In this document: in pieces, positions 9,112 to 17,927 of the stretch
Layout: every line of letters starts with the position of its first letter
Position numbering within the stretch: position 1 is the stretch's first letter
Assembly (NCBI GenBank): GCA_044359955.1
Contig: JBIKLF010000003.1
Span: 3,218 to 67,217, forward strand
Length of the DNA stretch: 64,000 bases
Source: Chthoniobacterales bacterium
GTDB taxonomy: Bacteria > Verrucomicrobiota > Verrucomicrobiia > Chthoniobacterales > JACTMZ01
Direction: 5' to 3'
Notes under the pieces: model-generated
The model's input: the letters and a program-made list of their open reading frames with translations, nothing else
Databases searched by the model: none
Told to the model about the DNA's origin: nothing
Made by a program: the position numbers and the translations under genes

Positions 9112-9129
9112 GGTCGCCTGGGGGCGACC
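9112..9129. repeat. REP-like hairpin GGTCGCC-TGGG-GGCGACC between convergent genes
   Basis: The minus strand reads GAGACAGGTCGCCCCCAGGCGACCAA, sharing both flanks with the hairpin in the tRNA-Ser units. No T-run, so it is not a canonical intrinsic terminator. Confidence 0.6.
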
Positions 9130-9221
9130 TGTCTCGCCAAGCCTCGGCTGACCGCCGCTACAAGTGGTCATCAGAAACGGACGTCGCCGGGGATCCGCAC
9201 ACGGCGGACAGGCTGGCGACG

Positions 9222-10193
9222 CTACAGGCGGAGGCGCTCGCGGACCCAGCGGGCGATTTGTTCGGCGTCTTGGGCGGCCGGGGTGAGCTCGGGGGCGGAT
9301 GAGCTGACGGGGTCGAGGGCGGGGAAAAAGTTGCGGGCTTTCCAGACGTGTGCGCCGGGGCGGTAGGGGCCGACTTGGCAGGGGTCGCTCCACGTGTGGA
9401 TGGCGAGAAGTTTGTCAGTCACGGCGGCGGCGAGGTGCATGGGACCGCTGTCGACGCTGACGACGAACGCGGCATGGCGCAGGAGCCAGAGGAGTTCGGT
9501 GAGGCTGGTGCGGTTGAGGAGGTTGGTCACGTTGGGCGGGAGGCCGGGGACTTCGAGGCCGGTGCGGCCGACGAGGACAATCGGAAAATCGACGGCGCGG
9601 CAGAAGGCGGTGACGGATTCCGGCGCAAGCGATTTGCCGCGGCCGCGGGAGAAGGGGTGGAAGACGAGGAAGGGTTCGGCGGGGATGGATTCCGACGGGC
9701 GGTCGCCCTCGGGCAGGGCGAACTCGGGTGGTCCGACGAGCGTTGCGCCGGTGGCGGCCGCGAGCGCGAGGTAGCGTTCGACGGCGTGGGCTTTCGGGTC
9801 GACGGAGATGGTTTTGGTCTGCACGAAGCGCGCGCCTTCGCGGGCGTCGGAGAGCCCGATGACCGGCACGCCGCGGAAGGCGCGGGCCACGAGGGCGGTG
9901 CGGAGGAGGCCTTGGAAGTCGAGGATGAGGTCGGGTGGGGGCTGCTGCTTTAAGGCGCGCCGCCAACGGCCGAAGCGCAGCCATCCTGGCAGTCCGCGGA
10001 AATCGGCGCGGGGGAAAATGAGGGTCTCATTGAGGTGCGGGTTGCCTTCGAGGAGCGGGGCCCACTCGGGATTGACCATCCAGGTGAGGTGGGCGTCGGG
10101 AAATTTCGCCCGCAGGGCGGCGACGGCGGGCAGGGTGTGGACGATATCGCCGAGGGAACTCGGCTTGAGCACGAGAAGGCGCCCCGGATTCAT
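9222..10193 (-). CDS. glycosyltransferase family 9 (LPS heptosyltransferase-like)
   Basis: ATG 10193 within listed ORF 9222..10832. N-terminus MNPGRLLVLKPSSLGDIVHTLPA is typical of GT9. ATGA overlap with the upstream gene. Confidence 0.8.
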   Translation of the reverse strand: MNPGRLLVLKPSSLGDIVHTLPAVAALRAKFPDAHLTWMVNPEWAPLLEGNPHLNETLIFPRADFRGLPGWLRFGRWRRALKQQPPPDLILDFQGLLRTALVARAFRGVPVIGLSDAREGARFVQTKTISVDPKAHAVERYLALAAATGATLVGPPEFALPEGDRPSESIPAEPFLVFHPFSRGRGKSLAPESVTAFCRAVDFPIVLVGRTGLEVPGLPPNVTNLLNRTSLTELLWLLRHAAFVVSVDSGPMHLAAAVTDKLLAIHTWSDPCQVGPYRPGAHVWKARNFFPALDPVSSSAPELTPAAQDAEQIARWVRERLRL

Positions 10194-10912
10194 GTGCCGA
10201 GGGCGAGGCGCTCGGCCAGTTCGGCGGGGAGGCCGGCTTCGATGATTTTGCGCTGGGTGGTTTCGATGTCGTAAGGGATGCGGCGCAATTCGACCTCGAG
10301 GGTTTCTGGTTGGTAGATGACGTAAGCCGCACGCCAGTCTTTGTCGCGCGGTTGGCCGACGCTGCCGATGTTGATGAGATATTGCGTGCCGGGCTTGAGT
10401 TTGATTTGGTCGAAGGTCTTTTTTTTCACCACGATCCCGGTGGAGAAGAGGAAGGGTTCGTGGGTGTGGCCGAAAAAGCAGACCGGGGTGTGCTGGTAGG
10501 TGAAACTGGCTGCGGCGTCGCCCGGGGTGACGATGTAGCCCCATTTGTGCGGAGTATCGAGGGTGGCGTGGACCACGGTGAAATCGCGGATGACGCGCTG
10601 CAGGCGGAGCGAACGCAGCCACTCTTGGTCCGGCTCGCCGAGTTGGCGGCGCGTCCAAGACATGGCCGCCGCAGCGAGTTCGGTAAAGCCTTCCAGGGAG
10701 CCCGACATGGCGGCTTGTTCGTCGTGGTTGCCTTTGATGACCGGACAATCGAGCGAACGGACGAGATCGATGCAGGCCACCGGGTCGGCGCTGTAACCCA
10801 CCAGGTCGCCCAGGCAGATGTAGTGGGTGCACCCTTGGATCTGCGCGTCGGCCAGGACCGACTGCAGGGCCTCGAGATTGCTGTGAATGTCACCGAAGAT
10901 GGCGATGCGCAT
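10190..10912 (-). CDS. metallophosphoesterase (calcineurin-like)
   Basis: ATG 10912. Motifs GDIHSN, LGDLVGY and GNHDE. Confidence 0.8.
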   Translation of the reverse strand: MRIAIFGDIHSNLEALQSVLADAQIQGCTHYICLGDLVGYSADPVACIDLVRSLDCPVIKGNHDEQAAMSGSLEGFTELAAAAMSWTRRQLGEPDQEWLRSLRLQRVIRDFTVVHATLDTPHKWGYIVTPGDAAASFTYQHTPVCFFGHTHEPFLFSTGIVVKKKTFDQIKLKPGTQYLINIGSVGQPRDKDWRAAYVIYQPETLEVELRRIPYDIETTQRKIIEAGLPAELAERLALGT

Positions 10913-10976
10913 GGGACCGGGTTGCGCCGTCAGACTCCGATGGCCAAAGCGCCATGGCAATCCCGATTGCGTGGCC

Positions 10977-11747
10977 TCACGGGGCTGCGGGGGGTGCGAG
11001 GCGTTCGGCGGTGGGGATGCCGAGTTGCTCCTCGAGTTCGTTGACCAGGGTGATGACGCGGGGCATGCGTTCCTCTTCACCGAGGAGGTAGATGGCGCGC
11101 AATTTGTCGTAAGCCTCGCGTTCGCGGCCCGGGCAGGCGGCCAGTTCGTAGGCGGCGAGGCGTTTGATGTAGGGCGGGGCGCCGGGTTTTTCCGCGGCGG
11201 TGGCGAAGGCGTCGGCCGCACCGCAGGGGTCGTTGAATTTGTCGCGCAGCATGATGCCGAGACGTTCGTGGAGGAGATGGGGTTCGGGGTTGTTGGCGAT
11301 CCCGCGCAGGAGGAAGTCGCGGCCGAGTTCGTGGTATTCCCGTTCGGCGCGGCGGCGCAGAAATTCGCTGGGTTCCTTGGGGTTTTCCCGCGCGGCGATG
11401 GAGGCGTTCCAAGCCATGTGCCAACTGGCGAGGTCCCAGTAGACCAGCGAGCGAGGTTGCAGGGCGGTCACGCTCTGGAAGAGCCCGGCCATGCGGCCCC
11501 AGGCGGTCTGCTCCCACGCGGTGTGGGCTTCGATCCAGAGAAAGGCGGCAATGAGGGAGCGGAATCCGCTGAGGGCGGCCGCGTAGGAAAGTTGGCCGAT
11601 CTGCTCGCGCAATTCGATGTTGAGCGCCGCTGTGCGCAGACCGGCGGCGCGGTGGGCGGCGTCGAGAGAGTTTTCGAAAGGCAGGCGGACCAAGCCGAAG
11701 AGAAGGAGGACGCCGACGACTAAGGTCCAGAGGACGGCAGGCCGCAT
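10977..11747 (-). CDS. hypothetical membrane-anchored helical-repeat protein
   Basis: 256 aa, one N-terminal TM (VLWTLVVGVLLLFGLV), then an alpha-helical TPR-like region. No family recognised. Confidence 0.55.
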   Translation of the reverse strand: MRPAVLWTLVVGVLLLFGLVRLPFENSLDAAHRAAGLRTAALNIELREQIGQLSYAAALSGFRSLIAAFLWIEAHTAWEQTAWGRMAGLFQSVTALQPRSLVYWDLASWHMAWNASIAARENPKEPSEFLRRRAEREYHELGRDFLLRGIANNPEPHLLHERLGIMLRDKFNDPCGAADAFATAAEKPGAPPYIKRLAAYELAACPGREREAYDKLRAIYLLGEEERMPRVITLVNELEEQLGIPTAERLAPPAAP

Positions 11748-11750
11748 GGT

Positions 11751-12611
11751 TCAGAGTTCCTTGTTGTGGAAGACGGCGGCGGCCAGGGCGGTGTAGACGG
11801 CCATGTAGCCGGCGCCGAGGGCGAGGGTTTTCCAGAAAAGGGCGGCGGGTATGGCCACGCCGGTCACGATGTCATCGACGAGATTGAAAGCCTGCAGGTC
11901 CGGAAAGATGAGGGAGACGAGGGCAAGGACGGACTTGGTGAAGACGCCGGAGGTGTCCGCCGCGAGCCAGTATTCGCGGGCCGTGGCTTGGAGGTGCCCG
12001 ATGAAGTAAGCGGCGAAGGCCGTGATGGTGGTGAAAATGGTCGAGGTGGCGAAGGTCGAGATGAGCATGGTCAAGGCGGCGAGAAGCCAGGCTTTGACCA
12101 GAATAATGACCCCGCCGGCGAGCAGGTTGGGGTCGTGGCCGGTGGCGCGGATTTTATCCAGCGCGGCCTGCAACTCGGCGGGGGGCAAGGCGGCCATTTC
12201 GATTTGCGCGGAGTGCAGGAGGGTTTGGGTGCGGAGGAGAAGCACGGTGGCGAAGACGGCTCCCATGAGCAACACGGCCAGGGTGAGGAGGAGAAAAACT
12301 CCGGAGAGCTTCCCGAGAAGGTATTCGGTGCGCGAGACGGGCTTGGCCAGGACGGTGTAGATGGTCCGGTCCTCGATGTCTTTGGGCAAGAGGGTGGCGG
12401 TGGCCAGAATGGCGAGGAGGGAGCTGAAAATGCTCATCGCCCCGAGCGCGATGTCCTTCAGCATTTGGAATTCTTCCTCAAAGCTGAAGCGGGCCAGGAA
12501 GAACGAATTGCCGATGACCAGCAGGGCGAAAATGATGAGGAAATAAAAAACCTTGAGCCTGACGAGCTCGGTCCAGGTGACGGCGGCGATGGCGGTTGTG
12601 CGGCGGATCAT
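11751..12611 (-). CDS. ABC-2 type transporter permease (no cognate ATPase adjacent)
   Basis: ATG 12611 (ATGA overlap with the proB stop). Polytopic, with TIYTVLAKPVSRTEYLLGK typical of ABC-2/NosY-like permeases. Confidence 0.7.
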   Translation of the reverse strand: MIRRTTAIAAVTWTELVRLKVFYFLIIFALLVIGNSFFLARFSFEEEFQMLKDIALGAMSIFSSLLAILATATLLPKDIEDRTIYTVLAKPVSRTEYLLGKLSGVFLLLTLAVLLMGAVFATVLLLRTQTLLHSAQIEMAALPPAELQAALDKIRATGHDPNLLAGGVIILVKAWLLAALTMLISTFATSTIFTTITAFAAYFIGHLQATAREYWLAADTSGVFTKSVLALVSLIFPDLQAFNLVDDIVTGVAIPAALFWKTLALGAGYMAVYTALAAAVFHNKEL

Positions 12612-13366
12612 GGCTTGGCGGGGAAGTGCGTTCCAACGTCTGTTCCGGAAGTCGCGGCGGCCAACTGGCCCGGGCGCCGCCCGTCGAGAATCCACGTTTC
12701 GATCCCGGCGGCTGTGGCGGAGCCGACCGCATCAAGTTTGCTCGCCATGCCGCCGGTGCCGTGCCGCCCTTTTTCGCCGGTGATGTGGCGGCGGGCGTCC
12801 GCGAGGTCGGTGACGACGGGCAGACGATGACCATCGCCCTGCAGTCCGTCGCTGCCGGTCAGGATGAGGAAGAGGTCCGCCCCGCAGAGCTGGGCCACCT
12901 CGGCGCCAAGGCGGTCGTTGTCGCCGAAGCGGAGTTCCTCGACGGCCACGGAGTCATTCTCGTTGATGACGGGAACGACGCGCGGAAAATTGCGGAGTTC
13001 GCGCAGGGTGTTTTCGGCGTTGCCGCGGCGTTGGCGGCTGTCGATGTCACCATGGGTCAAAAGAAGTTGGGCGGCGGTGAGTCCGTGGCGCGCGAATGCC
13101 TCCTCGTAGGTGCGCATGAGCTGCGCTTGGCCCACGGCCGCACAGGCTTGTTTGGCGGGCAGCGCCTCGGGGCGCTCGGGCAAGCCGAGGGCAGCGACCC
13201 CGGCGGCGACCGCCGCGCTGGAGATGACGACAACGGAATGGCCGGCATCGACGAGTCCGGCGATTTCCCCGGCCAGACGCGCGAATTGCGCCGCATCAAG
13301 TTTGAGGCCGCTGGCATCGGTGGTCAGGACGCCGGAGCCGAATTTGACGACAATGTGTTTCTTCAT
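12608..13366 (-). CDS. proB: glutamate 5-kinase (short form without PUA domain)
   Basis: ATG 13366. VVKFGSGVLT, NENDSVAVEELRFGDNDRL and GTGGMASKL motifs. Confidence 0.9.
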   Translation of the reverse strand: MKKHIVVKFGSGVLTTDASGLKLDAAQFARLAGEIAGLVDAGHSVVVISSAAVAAGVAALGLPERPEALPAKQACAAVGQAQLMRTYEEAFARHGLTAAQLLLTHGDIDSRQRRGNAENTLRELRNFPRVVPVINENDSVAVEELRFGDNDRLGAEVAQLCGADLFLILTGSDGLQGDGHRLPVVTDLADARRHITGEKGRHGTGGMASKLDAVGSATAAGIETWILDGRRPGQLAAATSGTDVGTHFPAKP

Positions 13367-14334
13367 GAGCGGGCGAGAGCGAGGCAGCCAGCCTCGAGAG
13401 CGACATCCTCCTTCACGTTGCGGTCCAGAAAAAGGCGCAATTGCGCCGCGCCGTCCAGGAGGCGGAGCAGGGCGGCGTCGTCGAGCCGGGCGGCGAGGCG
13501 TCCGGATTCGGCCGCCAGCGCGGGAAATTGCAGGGCCGCGACGCCGTGCCGTGCCCGAAGCACATCGGCGGCGCGCTCGGCGACGATGCCGGCGAGGTGT
13601 TGGCGTGTCGCGAGCACGCGGGCCTCGGTGAGGGCTTTGAGCCGGCCTTCTTCGGTCTTGATCCATTCATCGTCGGCCGTGTCGCCGAGACGCTTTTTTT
13701 CCGCCTTGAACGCGGAGGAAATTTCGTCTTCCACCGTCTCGCGCGCTTCGCGCAGGAGGGATTGCAGGCGCCGGGCGAGGAGGAGCCCGGCCCCGAGGCG
13801 CGATGGGGAAGGCGCCGCGAGAAGGTGTCCGGTAGCCTCGGCCACGACGGCGGCCGCCCCGTCGAGCGCGGGCAAGGTCGGCGAGCGCAGGGGGAAATGG
13901 GCGCAGCGGGAGACGATGGTGACGGGGAGGAGGCCGGGATTGGAAGTCACCAGAATGAAGAGGGTGTGGTCCGGCGGTTCCTCCAAGGTTTTGAGGAAGG
14001 CGTTGGCCGCATTGACGTGGAGGCGGTCGGCGTCGAGGATGATGCCGGTCTTGACCGCTCCCACTTGAAAGCTGGTCGAAAAGAACGGGAGGCAGAATTC
14101 CTTGAATGGTTCGACGAGGATGCGGCGCGATTTGGAACCGGGCTCGAGACGGTGGATGTCCGGGTGCACGGCCGCCTTCTCCGTGGTGGTGTCGTTGACC
14201 ATGGCCGCGATCTGCAGGGCCAAACGGGCCCGTCCGCTGCCCGGTGAACCGGTGATGAGCATGGCATGGGGCAGGCGCCCGAGTTGACGGGCCCGGCGCA
14301 GGCGTTCGAGGATGTCAGCGGGCAAAAAAGCCAT
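13363..14334 (-). CDS. holB: DNA polymerase III delta' subunit
   Basis: HAMLITGSPGSGR, ANAFLKTLEEPP and SRC motif (IVSRCAHF). Confidence 0.8.
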   Translation of the reverse strand: MAFLPADILERLRRARQLGRLPHAMLITGSPGSGRARLALQIAAMVNDTTTEKAAVHPDIHRLEPGSKSRRILVEPFKEFCLPFFSTSFQVGAVKTGIILDADRLHVNAANAFLKTLEEPPDHTLFILVTSNPGLLPVTIVSRCAHFPLRSPTLPALDGAAAVVAEATGHLLAAPSPSRLGAGLLLARRLQSLLREARETVEDEISSAFKAEKKRLGDTADDEWIKTEEGRLKALTEARVLATRQHLAGIVAERAADVLRARHGVAALQFPALAAESGRLAARLDDAALLRLLDGAAQLRLFLDRNVKEDVALEAGCLALARS

Positions 14335-14959
14335 GGAATTTGTCGCTCAGCACCCCGCGTATTTCCGCGGCGAGGTGTTCCTCGGGCTGGGTGGCGTCGA
14401 GCACGACGAAGCGGGCCGGTTCATCGGCCGCCGCACGGAGGTAACCGCAGCGCACTGCCTCGTAGAAGGCCAGGGGTTCGCTCTCCATGCGGTCGGCGGG
14501 CCGGTCGCGCTTGGCGATACGGTGGTGCGCCTCCCCGGCGTCCATATCGAGGAGGAAGGTGAGGTCCGGCAGGGTGTCCCCGATGGCGAATCCATTGACG
14601 GTGCGGGTCATTTGCGGGTCGAGTTGGCGAGCCACGCCTTGGTAGACGGCGGTCGAGTCGTGGAAGCGGTCGCTGATGACGACCTCGCCGCGTTCGAGCG
14701 CGGGGCGAATGACTTCACGCACATGCTGCGCCCGGCTGGCCGCAAAAAGGAAAAGTTCGGCCTCGGGCACCAGTCCGTGGCCTTCCGGGGCGTGTTGCAG
14801 CAGGTCGCGCATGCGGTCACCCGCCGGGGTTCCGCCGGGTTCGCGGGTGGTCAGGCAGGGGTGCCCGGTGTCGCGCAGCCACGCCGAAAGGCGGCGGATC
14901 TGGGTGGATTTGCCGCAGCCCTCGGAGCCCTCGAAAGTAACAAATAGGCCTCGTCTCAT
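14315..14959 (-). CDS. tmk: thymidylate kinase
   Basis: FVTFEGSEGCGKSTQ P-loop and TREPGGT. 214 aa. Confidence 0.9.
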   Translation of the reverse strand: MRRGLFVTFEGSEGCGKSTQIRRLSAWLRDTGHPCLTTREPGGTPAGDRMRDLLQHAPEGHGLVPEAELFLFAASRAQHVREVIRPALERGEVVISDRFHDSTAVYQGVARQLDPQMTRTVNGFAIGDTLPDLTFLLDMDAGEAHHRIAKRDRPADRMESEPLAFYEAVRCGYLRAAADEPARFVVLDATQPEEHLAAEIRGVLSDKFHGFFAR

Positions 14960-15021
14960 GCCAAGCGGACATTAAACTCATTTGGTGCAGCGGGGGCAAA
15001 AGCATTTCGCAGCAAAAGCCG

Positions 15022-16071
15022 ATGAAAATTGTTTTTGTCGAAACCGAGGACGACGAACGGCCGTTTTTTGCCGAGAGCTTGGCCGGTCATGAGGTTGATT
15101 TCGTCGACGACGTTGCCGGCGTGCCGAGGGATGCGGAAATTGTTTCGGTTTTCATCAATTCGCGGGTCGGGGCGGAGTTTTTTCGGCGTCATCCCCGAGT
15201 GAAGCTCGTCGCCTCGCGATCCTCCGCCAGCGACCACCTCAACCTCAAAGCGGCGGCGCGGAGCGGCGTCGTGCTGGCCCGTGTGCCGGACTACGGGGCG
15301 GCCACGGTGGCCGAGCATACTTTTGCCCTGATTCTCGGGGTGACCCGCCGCTTGCGGCACTGCCTTGACACAAGGAACCGCGGCCGCGGCGCCAGAGAAC
15401 GTCTGCGCGGCCTCGAATTGCGGGGCAAAACCCTCGGGGTGGTGGGGACGGGACGTGTCGGAAGCCTGGTGCTTTCGATCGGCAAGGCCTTCGGGATGGA
15501 TGGCGTGGCTTTCGACATGGAGCCGGACGCCGCACTGGCCGACAAGATCGGTTTCCGCTATGTGTCCCTCGACAAGTTGCTGCGCTGCGCCGACATCGTC
15601 ACGCTGCATGTCCCGCTCAACCCGCGGACGCGCCATATGCTCAGCGCGAAACGCTTGGCGCGCTGCAAACCCGGGTTCATTCTGATCAACACGGCTCGTG
15701 GGGCGTTGGTCGACATCGACGCATTGCTGGCCGGGTTGAACAGCGGGCGCGTGGGGGGCGTGGGCTTGGATGTGCTGGAGGACGATACCGCATTCCGCAA
15801 CGATGCCTCGCGGATCATCGGGGAGCAGATCGTGCAGAAGATCCACGCGATTTCCACCCCGGGCGGTGATCCGCTGCGTCGTGAGAAACGGCTGCGGGAA
15901 CTGGAGGGAATCATGCGCAACCGGCAATTGCTGGCCCACGCGAATGTCTTTTTCACCCCCCATGTCGGCTTCAACAGCATCGAGGCGATCGAGCGGATCA
16001 ATCTCGGCACGGTGCAGAACATCCGCGATTTTTTGGCCGGCCGGCTACGGCCCGAAGCGGTGGTCACATGA
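15022..16071 (+). CDS. D-isomer-specific 2-hydroxyacid dehydrogenase
   Basis: GVVGTGRVGS NAD-binding fold, INTARGALVD and FFTPHVGF catalytic-His context. Confidence 0.85.
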   Translation: MKIVFVETEDDERPFFAESLAGHEVDFVDDVAGVPRDAEIVSVFINSRVGAEFFRRHPRVKLVASRSSASDHLNLKAAARSGVVLARVPDYGAATVAEHTFALILGVTRRLRHCLDTRNRGRGARERLRGLELRGKTLGVVGTGRVGSLVLSIGKAFGMDGVAFDMEPDAALADKIGFRYVSLDKLLRCADIVTLHVPLNPRTRHMLSAKRLARCKPGFILINTARGALVDIDALLAGLNSGRVGGVGLDVLEDDTAFRNDASRIIGEQIVQKIHAISTPGGDPLRREKRLRELEGIMRNRQLLAHANVFFTPHVGFNSIEAIERINLGTVQNIRDFLAGRLRPEAVVT

Positions 16072-16481
16072 TGAAACACTGGCTGGTCAAACAGGAGCCC
16101 GCCGCCTACGCGTGGGAGCAATTCGTCCGCGACCGGGGCACGGCGTGGACCGGCGTGAGGAATTTCCAGGCCCGCAACAACCTCCGGGCGATGAAAAAAG
16201 GCGACGAGGTTTTCTACTACCACAGCGTGACCGGGAAATCGGTGGTCGGAACCGCACGGGTGGTCCGCGAAGCCTACGGCGACCCGACGGCAGAGGATGG
16301 CGATTGGTCATGTGTCGATCTTGTTCCGCAGCAAGCCTGCCGCACGCCCGTCACCCTTGAACAAATCAAAGCGGAACCCTCGCTGCGCGACATCGCGCTG
16401 CTGCGGCAATCGCGCCTGAGTGTGATGCCGCTGACGTCTGCCGAGGCAAAAATGCTACGCAAGATGGGGCAACTTTCGTGA
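16068..16481 (+). CDS. EVE (PUA-like) domain protein
   Basis: 137 aa. HWLVKQEP, RNFQARNNLRAMKKGDEVFYYHS and VVGTARVVREAY are typical of EVE/thymocyte-nuclear-protein-like domains. ATGA overlap with the dehydrogenase stop. Confidence 0.75.
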   Translation: MMKHWLVKQEPAAYAWEQFVRDRGTAWTGVRNFQARNNLRAMKKGDEVFYYHSVTGKSVVGTARVVREAYGDPTAEDGDWSCVDLVPQQACRTPVTLEQIKAEPSLRDIALLRQSRLSVMPLTSAEAKMLRKMGQLS

Positions 16482-16515
16482 GGTGGCTTTGTTTGCCGGG
16501 TGCAGCCGGAGACGC

Positions 16516-16883
16516 AATAAAAGCGCGGCGGGGCCCGGTTTGTCTGGGGGGCACGGCCGTCCCGGCCGTGTTGTCGGGTCGTGACGGGCGGGACGCCCGT
16601 GCCCCTTGGCCACGTGCCAACTCGCTCACCAAATAGTTAGTCTAAAAACGTAGTTGAAAGTTGAGTGATGAGAGTTGAGGGACTGAGTAGGAGCGACTTA
16701 CGTCATCGGCCTGACTCACGCTTAGGGTGACTGCCCGCGGATCGTCAAGTCGTTGGCTTTCAACCTCTCAACCCTCAACCATAAACTCTCAACGCCTTTT
16801 CTGGGGTAAGTCATCACTCGCCCAGGCGCGCCTTTGTGGCAGCGCCGGAAAAGGCAGAGGGTTTGGCATCGTTACGGCTTAGG
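16516..16883. repeat. dispersed intergenic element B-C, copy 2 (B 16516-16642, C 16817-16883), split by an insertion
   Basis: Alignment by eye to 4699-4906. B and C are contiguous there (4 nt between) but are separated here by about 170 nt. Confidence 0.8.
16643..16808. mobile_element. about 166-bp non-coding insertion (MITE-like?) inside B-C copy 2
   Basis: Absent from copy 1. Flanked by AGTC on both sides. Left arm is TTGAG-type repeats (GTTGAAAGTTGAGTGATGAGAGTTGAGGG); right arm is the complementary CTCAA type (CTTTCAACCTCTCAACCCTCAAC). Confidence 0.35.
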
Positions 16884-17169
16884 TAGGGACGCGCGGCTCG
16901 CGCGTCCGTTTGTGGGGGAGCGGACGAGCGGGCCGCTCGTCCCTACCTTCTGAAGGAATGTCGAAACACATTTCCTGCTGCTGCTGCCCGTCCGTGGCCG
17001 CGGCTTCGGCATGGTGAGGGATCAGGGTTTTTCCGCAGTGGCGGCCGGTCCAACAATCCGGGGCGCGACATCCTGGGCGGCGAGGGACCAGAAACTGTGC
17101 GCATGCCGTCGCTGCCGTCTGCGCTGTTTTTGCCGTGAGTTCGGGGAGTGTCCTGCCAGACTTACGGCG

Positions 17170-17820
17170 ATGAAGGAACGCCGTGGGATGTTGTGGACCG
17201 TTTTGCTTTCCGTTGCGGCCCTTGTTTTGCTGGTTGCGGGGGTGGTGGTTTGGGACCAACCGGTGCTGGAGGCGGTGAGGGCCGGTGCCGCGCAGGGGTG
17301 GACGGAGCTGGCGCGGTTCCTTTCGCGTTACGGGGATTTTCCTTTTTTGCTGGCGGCGGGTGTCGTCGCGCTCGCGGTCAGCCTGCGCCGGCGGGCCGTC
17401 TCGTGGTCACGTATCCTCACGGCCATGATTCTCGCGGGAATCATAGCCGGGTTGGCATCGAACCTTGTGAAGCTGGGCACCGGGCGGGTGCGTCCGCGGG
17501 TGGAGCAGGTCGAGCACGGTTGGTATGGTCCGAAGCATGAGGATCAGTGGGTTTCCCTGCAGCATAATTTCCAGAGCTTTCCCTCCTCCCATGCCTCGTG
17601 TGCGTTCGGCTTTTTCTTTCCGCTTTTCCTGTCCCGACGTTGGGTGGGCGCGGCGGGTTTGCTTGCTGCGGCGGCTGTCGCGTGGTCACGGGTGCAACTC
17701 AATGCCCACCATATTTCCGATGTGGCCGCAGGGGCTTTGCTCGGGATGGTGACCGGATGGCTCGTCTGGCGGTGGATTGTGGCCCGCGGGGGACTGTCGC
17801 GCTGGCTCGGGGCGCCCTGA
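17170..17820 (+). CDS. PAP2-family phosphatase (membrane)
   Basis: KLGTGRVRP, FPSSHAS and SRVQLNAHHISDV are the three PAP2 motifs. ATG 17170 precedes the first TM; ATG 17011 is possible. Confidence 0.8.
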   Translation: MKERRGMLWTVLLSVAALVLLVAGVVVWDQPVLEAVRAGAAQGWTELARFLSRYGDFPFLLAAGVVALAVSLRRRAVSWSRILTAMILAGIIAGLASNLVKLGTGRVRPRVEQVEHGWYGPKHEDQWVSLQHNFQSFPSSHASCAFGFFFPLFLSRRWVGAAGLLAAAAVAWSRVQLNAHHISDVAAGALLGMVTGWLVWRWIVARGGLSRWLGAP

Positions 17821-17927
17821 GCCGGGAGATGCTCTATCCACGGTAAAGGGCTGGCCGCCACGGTCTGGTCAAGCAGAAGCGGTTCCGCACTTGCCGGCTG
17901 CCGTTTTCCGGAAAGACAGAATTGGCC

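Noticed and set aside
9112-9129. Hairpin as a bidirectional intrinsic terminator for murJ and the GT9 gene
   Set aside because: No U-run follows the hairpin on either strand, and the same hairpin occurs in non-terminator contexts. I annotated it as a repeat. Rho-dependent or hairpin-only termination cannot be excluded.
9222-10832. Very long versions of real genes (also 6836..9082, 10190..11221, 12608..13666, 37886..40282, 39330..41330, 54748..55695, 55281..56081, 55729..57087)
   Set aside because: Only the 3' portions look like proteins. The 5' extensions are Arg/Pro-rich, overlap the upstream gene, and an internal ATG coincides with a canonical N-terminus and often with an ATGA overlap. I trimmed the coordinates accordingly.
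16884-16950. Nested palindromes GGGACGCGCG-GCT-CGCGCGTCC and GGACGAGCGG-GCC-GCTCGTCC enclosed by GTAGGGACG...CGTCCCTAC, considered as a possible ncRNA or operator
   Set aside because: There is a single occurrence in the window and nothing to compare it with. It is probably part of the local repeat cluster. Not enough evidence for a call.
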